Shown here piece by piece: positions 57,595-64,000 of a stretch of 64,000 nucleotides of DNA. The notes under the pieces are model-generated. The model was not told the origin of the DNA. It made no database searches and saw only the letters and a list, made by a program, of their open reading frames with translations. The DNA lies in the NCBI GenBank assembly GCA_031378375.1, contig JANNEF010000288.1:24186-88185 (forward strand), in the 5' to 3' direction. Numbering within the stretch: the stretch's first letter is position 1; every line of letters starts with the position of its first letter. The stretch comes from Verrucomicrobiota bacterium. GTDB lineage: Bacteria; Verrucomicrobiota; Verrucomicrobiia; Limisphaerales; JANNEF01. The position numbers and the translations under genes were made by a program.

Positions 57595-59529
57595 TTACCT
57601 CGGCCCGCGATTGGATGATGGTTGCGGGGCACGCGGCGCAGGGGCGGCGGGCGCGGCTGTCGGCGGGGCGGCAGGCTTGGCTTTCTTATCGCCGTTCGCG
57701 CGGGGCTCTCCCGTCGGCTCCGGCTCTTCGCCGGCCTGCTGGCTGCCTTCGGGCGCACGCAGCAAAACTTTTTCACCTTCCTTCAACCCGCTTTTGATCT
57801 CGATGAACTCATCGTTGAAATCGCCCGCCTCCACCTCCCGCTCCTCCGCCTTGCGCCCAGTGACGACGTAACAAATCTGTTTGCCCTGACTGAGTGAGAC
57901 CGCCTGGATGGGAACGTGGACGACGTCGGGCAATTGCCGGACCATGATTTCCACCTTGGCGCTCATGCCGGGCTTGACCCAATCGTGCGCCCCGGTGATG
58001 CCCACGGTGGTGACGTACACCTTGAGGTCGGGGTTCATCCAGCGGTTTTGCGAATCGGGCAGCACGCCCACCTTGGTAACTTCGCCCGTCAGTTTCTCGT
58101 CGGGGAAGGCGTCCACCTGGATGCGCGCAGGCAGGCCCCGCTTCACCTTCTTGATGTGCGACTCGTGGATCTTGACCTTCACCGCCATCTGCGTCATGTC
58201 CGGGATGGTGACAATGCGCTGACGCTCGCGCACCGTCGCGCCCTCACGAACCTGTTCCGAGCCGCCGTAGTAGCGGTCGTCGCCGCCTCCGCCATAAATC
58301 ACCAGCCCGGTCTTCTTGGCGCGGATGATGCATTTCTCCAGTTGGTCCTGGAGTTCATCGCGCAACGCGACGTCAATTTTGTAGCGACCCTCCGCCGCCT
58401 TCAGTTTGGCCTGCGCCTGCGCCAGCTTGGAAACCGCCTCCTTGCGCGCCCGCTCCAACGCCCGCAACGCCTCGTCATACTTCGACAGGAACTCCTCCGC
58501 CGATTTCACAAACTCGTACTTGATGAACAGGTCCAGAGCGGTTTCCGCCGTGCGCACCTTCAGCGCGGCCTTGTCGTAGTTCACCACGTCACTGTCCACC
58601 TCGGACTTGGTGACGAAGCCCTTGGCAAAGAGCCGCTTGGTCCCGTCGATCTTTGTCAGCGCCAAACCCAATTCCGTCTTGCCGACGAGCAAATCGTCTT
58701 CGAGTTTGCGCAACAGTTGCTTGGCCGCGCCATCGGCGAGCAATTCGGCCTTCGCGTAACGGGTGAAGTCCACCGTGGGCGCTGGTACCGGTGGTGTGGC
58801 CGGTGGCGGGCTGGCGACCGTGGAACCGCCGTCGCCTTTGGTCCCACCCGTGGGTGGAGCCTTCGCGTCCGCATCCTCACCGGCGTCCCCGCCGTGGCTG
58901 GAGTGGATGACGATGCGCCCGTTCTTGTCCTCCTCCGGCGTAAGCAGAGGCACCTCGGCGGCCGTGGAATTGGCGGCGCTGGCCGGCGACTGTTCGCGCA
59001 TTCCGAGCTTGCTGATGATTTCATCCGCGACCTTTTCGCTCATGTACTTTTCAAAGTCCATCAGGGCGAACTTCGCCTTCTGCTCCGCAGCCTTCACGTC
59101 CGTCTTATTTTGGTTGAACTGGATGTCGTACGCCTGTTGCGCCTCGGTGAGCGCGGCGAGCGTGGATTGAAACAGGATTTCTTGCTGGAGGATGCGTTGC
59201 TTCAAATCCGACGAGTCCAGTTCGACCAGCACCTTGCCGCTCTTCACGTCCTCCTCGGTCACCGCGTAGCCTTCCTCGACGATCTTCAAAATCTTCGTGC
59301 CCTGCATCCCTTTCACCTCGGAGCGGATCTCCTGCGATTCCAGCGCCTCAATGCTCCCGCCTTCGAGCACGTTGATGTCGAGCGGCCCGCGCCGCGCGGT
59401 GAACGTGGTGCCGTTCACCACCGCCCGCCCATCGCGCAGCCACAACCAGGCGCCGACGGCGAGCACGACGACCACTGTGGCCGTTTTCCAGCGCGGCTGC
59501 CCACGGATGAATTGGATGAATCTGGTCAT
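57595..59529 (-). CDS. HlyD/MacA-family periplasmic adaptor with low-complexity insertions
   Basis: ATG at 59529 gives an ATGA overlap with the TolC stop. TM anchor, long coiled-coil hairpin, lipoyl and beta-barrel domains. Pro/Ala/Gly-rich insert (GDAGEDADAKAPPTGG...PPPATPPVPAPT) and Pro/Ala tail. Confidence 0.85.
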   Translation of the reverse strand: MTRFIQFIRGQPRWKTATVVVVLAVGAWLWLRDGRAVVNGTTFTARRGPLDINVLEGGSIEALESQEIRSEVKGMQGTKILKIVEEGYAVTEEDVKSGKVLVELDSSDLKQRILQQEILFQSTLAALTEAQQAYDIQFNQNKTDVKAAEQKAKFALMDFEKYMSEKVADEIISKLGMREQSPASAANSTAAEVPLLTPEEDKNGRIVIHSSHGGDAGEDADAKAPPTGGTKGDGGSTVASPPPATPPVPAPTVDFTRYAKAELLADGAAKQLLRKLEDDLLVGKTELGLALTKIDGTKRLFAKGFVTKSEVDSDVVNYDKAALKVRTAETALDLFIKYEFVKSAEEFLSKYDEALRALERARKEAVSKLAQAQAKLKAAEGRYKIDVALRDELQDQLEKCIIRAKKTGLVIYGGGGDDRYYGGSEQVREGATVRERQRIVTIPDMTQMAVKVKIHESHIKKVKRGLPARIQVDAFPDEKLTGEVTKVGVLPDSQNRWMNPDLKVYVTTVGITGAHDWVKPGMSAKVEIMVRQLPDVVHVPIQAVSLSQGKQICYVVTGRKAEEREVEAGDFNDEFIEIKSGLKEGEKVLLRAPEGSQQAGEEPEPTGEPRANGDKKAKPAAPPTAAPAAPAPRAPQPSSNRGPR

Positions 59530-61193
59530 TTGTTTTCGGCCACGTTCTCCCACTGGCCGTTGTCCTTGATGAACAGGATGCCCATGTTCTGCCAGAACCG
59601 CAGCCGCGCGATGGTGTGGCTCACCAGCGCGGCGGTCAGATCATTCTTTGAAGCCAGCAGGGCATTCTGTGCGTCCACCAAGTCCAGCGCCTTGCCCAGC
59701 CCCAGTTCCGCGCGCAACTGCTGTTCCTCCACTCGGCGCTCGCTCAACTTCACGCCGATCACGCTGTTGTCGTAATTGCGCCGCGCCTGGTCCAGTGTGC
59801 GCCAGTCGTTGTAAACGTCCAGCTTCACGTTGTCCACGGCGAGGTCCAGTTCGCGCGTCGCGCGCTCGCGGGCGATCAACGAAAACCGGTATGTGTTGCG
59901 CTCGCCCTTGCGGTCCAGTGGCAACTCCAGGTCCAGCCCCGCGCTCCACTGGTACCGCCGCCAATCCGGATCGGGCCATCCTCTCGTGGCGTTGCCGGGC
60001 ACACTCACGGACGTGATCAAGTCCAGGCCGGGCCTGAGCGCGTTGGCGGCGACTCCGACGAACCGCACGGCGTCCTCCACCTGCTCGCGGCGCGTGTACA
60101 AGTCCAGCCGCGTCGCCACGGCGACTTGCGCCGCTTCCTCCGCCGAGAGGGCGGGGTGCAATATTCTCAACTGCGTCAGCTCCAGGTCATCAAGCACCAA
60201 GTTTACGTCGCCGGACAGGCCCAACTGGATTTTGAACCGGTCCAGGTTCTGCCGGTACGTGCGCACCGCGTTCACCCACGCAGTCTCGGTGGTCAACTCC
60301 GCCTGCAGGATGCGGTCCAGTTCCGACTGCGCCAACCGGCCTTCCTGCGCCAGCGCGCGGCTGCGTTCGACGTTCAACCGGAAGCTCTGCAAGCTCCGCC
60401 AACTGTTCCGCACCGCGTCGCGGTTTTGCAGCACGCCGTAAAAGGCGGCGGCGATGTCCACCGAGAATTGTTTGCGGAACAGCGTGAAGTCGCGCAGGTC
60501 GTAGAGCAAATCCCGCTCGGCCTGCGTGAGGTTCTCCATCGTCACCTTGTAGCCCGCGCCGCGCAGCAACGGCTGCGTGAGCGTGGCCGCCAGTTGCGAG
60601 GATTTGTCCGGCCGCGAATCACCCGTGAAGAACCGGAAGAAAGTCGCGCTGAACTCCGTGGCCAGCCGCGCGCCGCTGCGCAACAACACGTCCATGCGCG
60701 CATTGCCCGCCGCGCTGAGGCTGCGCTCCTCGACGATGGCATCCACGCCCGCCTGCGCCTCGTGCGTCGTCGTGTGCGTCGCGCCGGCGCCGCCCGAAAA
60801 AATCGGCGTGAACTGATACCGCACCAGCGTCAGGTCCAGTGCCGCCAGGTACAACACTTCTTTGCGCGTCTGATAAGTGCGGTTGTGCTTCACCGCCAGG
60901 TCCAGCGCCGCCTCCAAGGACACCACCCGCGCGCCCTTCTCCCGCGCACCATCCGCGCCGAAGAACTCCTCCACGCGGCCGCTCACCGGCAGGTTCGTGA
61001 GCGAAGCCGCCGCCGCCGCCTCGATGGTGAAGTTGGTGTCCATGTTCGGCACGCGCGGAGTTTTTTGCGCGATGACCGCCGCCGCCTCCTTGTCCGCCGA
61101 CTGCCGATAATGCCGCGCCGTGCAACCGCTCAAGGCGGCCAGCACGGCCAGCAGACCAACCGGCACCACGGCCGGACAAAGCTTACGCATCAT
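59526..61193 (-). CDS. TolC-family outer membrane efflux protein
   Basis: Start taken at MMRKLCPAVVPVGLLAVLAALSGC (signal peptide, possible lipobox). Tandem OEP repeats with long helical segments. Confidence 0.85.
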   Translation of the reverse strand: MMRKLCPAVVPVGLLAVLAALSGCTARHYRQSADKEAAAVIAQKTPRVPNMDTNFTIEAAAAASLTNLPVSGRVEEFFGADGAREKGARVVSLEAALDLAVKHNRTYQTRKEVLYLAALDLTLVRYQFTPIFSGGAGATHTTTHEAQAGVDAIVEERSLSAAGNARMDVLLRSGARLATEFSATFFRFFTGDSRPDKSSQLAATLTQPLLRGAGYKVTMENLTQAERDLLYDLRDFTLFRKQFSVDIAAAFYGVLQNRDAVRNSWRSLQSFRLNVERSRALAQEGRLAQSELDRILQAELTTETAWVNAVRTYRQNLDRFKIQLGLSGDVNLVLDDLELTQLRILHPALSAEEAAQVAVATRLDLYTRREQVEDAVRFVGVAANALRPGLDLITSVSVPGNATRGWPDPDWRRYQWSAGLDLELPLDRKGERNTYRFSLIARERATRELDLAVDNVKLDVYNDWRTLDQARRNYDNSVIGVKLSERRVEEQQLRAELGLGKALDLVDAQNALLASKNDLTAALVSHTIARLRFWQNMGILFIKDNGQWENVAENK

Positions 61194-61455
61194 TCTGTTC
61201 AACGTTGGACACACCAAGAGAAACCGACTCACGCGTCGCGCAGCGAATTCAACTTAAACCGGCGGCTGAACCGCAAACTGATCCCCGGCTCACACTGAAA
61301 CGACGGCCCCGGCGCGTTCACGCAACCACCAGACACCAATGCTATAACGCCGCACCCGGCGAATGGTTTCAAGTAAAGGCACCATGCTCCATCGCAAATC
61401 TCAAGGCGGGACGCACTGACGGCGGGGCGCCGTCGTGCGCGCGCTGGGTTCGGGC

Positions 61456-61487
61456 AAAAAAAAGCCGCCGGCACTGAGGCCGGCGGC
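61456..61487 (-). terminator. Rho-independent terminator after the thioredoxin-like gene
   Basis: On the minus strand, gccgccggc-ctcagt-gccggcggc (9-bp GC stem) is followed by TTTTTTTT. It lies about 40 nt downstream of the stop at 61526. Confidence 0.85.
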
Positions 61488-61525
61488 GCGACAGGCGGGA
61501 TGCCTGCGAAAGGATGGGGACGACG

Positions 61526-61966
61526 CTATTTCTTCTTGGCGGCGTCGAGCTTGGCGATCATGGCCGCGGGACCGCCGGGGTGATAGCCGGGGTTCTTCCA
61601 GACTTCCTTGCCATCGGCGTTCAGCGCGAGCAGCGTGGGGAAGCCGGTGACGCCGTGCTTTTCCTGTAGCGCGGCATTGGCCTTCTTCAAGGCAGCGCTC
61701 TGTTCCTTGCGACGGGGGAAATCCAGTTCCACGAGGATCAGGTTGTCCTTGGCGTAGTCGGCGAACTCCTTGGTGTCGAAAACTTCCTTCTTCAGCTTCA
61801 CACACCAGCCGCACCAGTCGGAACCAGTGAAGTCCACGAAGACGAGCTTCTTTTCCTTCTTGGCGAGGGCCTGCGCGGCGGGCAGGTCGGTGAGCCATTT
61901 GAGTTCTTCGGCACCCGCCTGGAAGGCGAGCAGGCCGGCGATGAGTGAGAGAACGGTCTTTTTCAT
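61526..61966 (-). CDS. Secreted thioredoxin-fold protein (CGWC active site)
   Basis: Signal peptide MKKTVLSLIAGLLAFQAGA. FTGSDWCGWCVKL redox motif; cis-Pro context GFPT. Confidence 0.85.
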   Translation of the reverse strand: MKKTVLSLIAGLLAFQAGAEELKWLTDLPAAQALAKKEKKLVFVDFTGSDWCGWCVKLKKEVFDTKEFADYAKDNLILVELDFPRRKEQSAALKKANAALQEKHGVTGFPTLLALNADGKEVWKNPGYHPGGPAAMIAKLDAAKKK

Positions 61967-61993
61967 ATTTTTGGGACAGTCAATGGTTACTGT

Positions 61994-63394
61994 TTAGGTC
62001 TGGGGTTGGACGGTAGCGCACAGGTTTTGTTCACGCCAGACTATTTTTCCAGCAACCACCGTGACCACGGCGCGGCCCTTGAGCGGCCAGCCATCGAAGG
62101 GATTGTTGCGCGACTTGCTGGCGGACTCGCTGCGGCGGAACACCCACTCGCGGTCCGGGTCGAGCACCGTCACGTCCCCGTCGGCGCCGGGGGCCAGCGT
62201 GCCCTTGGCCAGGCGCAGCAGGCGGGCGGGGTTGATGGTGTACTTCGCCAGCAGATCCGTCAGCGAGAGCCGGCGTGGGTGGACCAGTTGCATGAGCGAG
62301 AGCGCCAGCTCCGTCTCCAGGCCCGTGATGCCGAAGGGCGCGTAGTCGAACTCGACCTCCTTCTCGTAGTCACAATGCGGCGCGTGGTCGCTGCACAAGA
62401 TCTCCAGCGTGCCATCGCTCAGTCCTTCGAGAATCGCCTCGCGGTCGCGGGCCGAACGCAACGGCGGGTTCATCTTGAAGTTCGTGTCGTAGTTCGGCCA
62501 CGCGGGCCGCTTCCCGTTCAACCCGCCGTAACCAGTAATCCCCTGCCCGTCCGCCGCCCAGAACCGCTCGCTGCCCGCGATCGCTGCGTCCGTCAACGTG
62601 AAGTGATGCGGGCACGCCTCGCCGGAGACCGGCAGCCCGCGCGCTTTCGCCGCGCGCAACAACGCCACGCTCCCCGCCGTGCTCAGGTGCTGGCAGTGAA
62701 CATGCCCACCGGTCAATTCCGCCAGCAGGATATTGCGCGCCACGATCATGTCCTCCCCCGCCGCCGGCCAGCCCCGCAAGCCGAGCGCCGCACTCCAATA
62801 GCCCTCGTGCATCACCCCGTCGCTCACCAGCGCGTAATCCTGGCAATGATCCATCACCGGCAGGTCGAACATCTTCGCGTATTCCAGCGCGCGCCGCATC
62901 AGCTCGTTGTTCTGCACGCAATGACCGTCATCGGTGATCGCCACCACGCCGGCTTGTTTGAGCGAGCCGATGGGCGCCAGCTCTTCGCCCGCGATGCCCT
63001 TGGTGATCGCGCCGGTGACGAACACATTGACGACGCCTTCGCGCGCGGCCTTCTCGCGGATGAGCGCCACGGTGCCGGGGTTGTCAATGACCGGCGACGT
63101 GTTGGGCATGCACACGATCGTGGTGAACCCGCCCCGCGCCGCCGCCGCCGTGCCGGTGGCCATCGTCTCCTTGGCCGTCTGGCCCGGCTCGCGCAGGTGG
63201 ACGTGCAGATCAATCAACCCCGGGCACACCACCAGCCCCGCGCAGTCCAGCGTTTCATCGGCGGAAACTTTCCCGGCCGCCGGCCCCGCGCCGACGGCGA
63301 CGACGCGGCCATCGCGGATTAAAACATCCGCCACCGCATCGAAGCGTTGCGACGGATCAATGACGCGGCCACCGGAGAGCAACAAGGAACTCAT
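61994..63394 (-). CDS. pyrC: Dihydroorotase
   Basis: Start chosen at MSSLLLSGGRVIDP inside ORF 61994..63427. GLIDLHVHLREPG metal motif; DHAPH. Confidence 0.93.
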   Translation of the reverse strand: MSSLLLSGGRVIDPSQRFDAVADVLIRDGRVVAVGAGPAAGKVSADETLDCAGLVVCPGLIDLHVHLREPGQTAKETMATGTAAAARGGFTTIVCMPNTSPVIDNPGTVALIREKAAREGVVNVFVTGAITKGIAGEELAPIGSLKQAGVVAITDDGHCVQNNELMRRALEYAKMFDLPVMDHCQDYALVSDGVMHEGYWSAALGLRGWPAAGEDMIVARNILLAELTGGHVHCQHLSTAGSVALLRAAKARGLPVSGEACPHHFTLTDAAIAGSERFWAADGQGITGYGGLNGKRPAWPNYDTNFKMNPPLRSARDREAILEGLSDGTLEILCSDHAPHCDYEKEVEFDYAPFGITGLETELALSLMQLVHPRRLSLTDLLAKYTINPARLLRLAKGTLAPGADGDVTVLDPDREWVFRRSESASKSRNNPFDGWPLKGRAVVTVVAGKIVWREQNLCATVQPQT

Positions 63395-63576
63395 GCGCGC
63401 ACAGCCTACACGGGTGCCCCCACGCAAGGCAAGCCACGCGCGCCCCGGCGGGCGGCGGGCGCACCGCTGGCGACCGGCGTCGATGGCCGCATCCGCACAC
63501 GGCCCGCCGGCGTCCGGGCCGATGGGGCGCAGCTCACATTAATGCAGGGGGTACGCCGCGTGGCGGGGTGATGTGG

Positions 63577-63690
63577 GGCAGACATCCTGTCTGCCGGTTC
63601 TGGCAGCATCCTGCTGCCAGTTCCAAGGCCGCGCGCCCTTCGGAACGCGGGGCAGGGATGCCCCGCCAACCGTCAGGCTGGAAGCCTGAC
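63577..63690. repeat. Four consecutive GC-rich REP-like hairpins upstream of pyrC
   Basis: ggcagac-atcct-gtctgcc (63577-95); ggcagc-atcct-gctgcc (63602-18); gcggggc-agggat-gccccgc (63647-66); gtcaggc-tggaa-gcctgac (63672-90). The tggaa loop type is also seen at 53187-53203. Confidence 0.7.
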
Positions 63691-63946
63691 CCACTCACCT
63701 GATCCCTTGCCAGCAACTGAGATGCGTCCGGGCCGATGCCCCGGTGCAGAATCACCTTGCAATCCCGCCCCGCTCTGGTATCACCACTGGGTAATCCAAC
63801 GCTCTGCCCGTGCTCCCGGCCAAGGATGGCGGTTACACTTGGGCGAACGATCAAACCAGGACCGGCGATAACATGCAGACGCACCTCCACCCAACGCGCT
63901 CCTTCCATTCCTGTGTCCGCTCCGACGGCGTGGCGTCCGGATTTAA

Positions 63947-63984
63947 CGCCGAGGGCGCAAAGGTTCTCGCCGAGGGCCGCAGAG
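63947..63984. repeat. Direct repeat cgccgagggcGcaAag / cgccgagggcCgcaGag, 21 bp apart, at the window edge
   Basis: Two 17-nt near-identical copies starting at 63947 and 63968. Truncated by the window end. Confidence 0.35.
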
Positions 63985-64000
63985 AACCCGCCGTCCCTCC

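Noticed and set aside
57916-59775. 619-aa ORF antisense to the HlyD adaptor and the TolC 3' end.
   Set aside because: Antisense shadow ORF with low-complexity composition.
63700-63900. Possible structured RNA upstream of pyrC: an SRP-RNA-like ACCAGG...CCGG segment, or a PyrR-type attenuator (minus-strand AUACCAGAGCGGGGC versus the PyrR box UCCAGAGAGG).
   Set aside because: The matches are partial and short. The SRP GGAA tetraloop and symmetric-loop motifs are absent, and I cannot fold a convincing anti-terminator/terminator pair by eye. This needs a covariance-model scan before any claim.

Overview
GC-rich bacterial chromosomal window, about 90% coding. It is mostly core energy-metabolism and envelope genes. 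The protein families and the GC-rich hairpin repeats suggest a Verrucomicrobiota or other PVC-group organism; this is inference only.

Content, left to right:
- A partial tail-specific protease.
- A small flagellin-like ORF followed by flgM.
- Giant secreted LTD-CotH protein A.
- An aldo/keto reductase and a PaaK-like ligase.
- A complete F1Fo ATP synthase operon (atpBEFHAGDC).
- A porin-ZnuA-ZnuB metal-uptake cluster.
- A cobA-hemD fusion.
- A second giant LTD-CotH paralog (B).
- A TAT-signal lactonase, a tRNA(CAU) and an acyl-CoA desaturase.
- An orphan PilC/GspF and an M20 peptidase.
- An 11-gene aa3-type cytochrome oxidase biogenesis cluster: cupredoxin, ctaA, ctaB, ctaD, ctaE, ctaF, two small ORFs, ctaC, sco, DUF420.
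- A HEAT/cytochrome c protein, kpsF, an esterase and an O-antigen-ligase/TPR protein.
- acs and glpK.
- A TolC-HlyD-ABC (MacAB-like) efflux operon.
- A thioredoxin-like protein and pyrC.

I saw no transposase, integrase, phage, CRISPR or recognisable defence genes, and I cannot support a new multi-gene system here.

Most unusual features:
1. A roughly 410-bp mirror-symmetric array of about 20 phased 21-bp repeats in the acs/glpK divergent intergenic region.
2. Two giant multi-LTD + CotH-kinase-like secreted paralogs.
3. CRP/FNR-type TGTGA-N6-TCACA palindromes upstream of both the oxidase cluster and the ATP synthase operon.
4. Two translationally coupled small membrane ORFs inside the oxidase cluster.
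5. A truncated flagellin-like ORF next to flgM, with no other flagellar genes in the window.
6. Several REP-like hairpin and palindrome clusters.

Internal start codons were chosen by me from the ORF track. Coordinates of non-coding features may be off by 1-2 nt.
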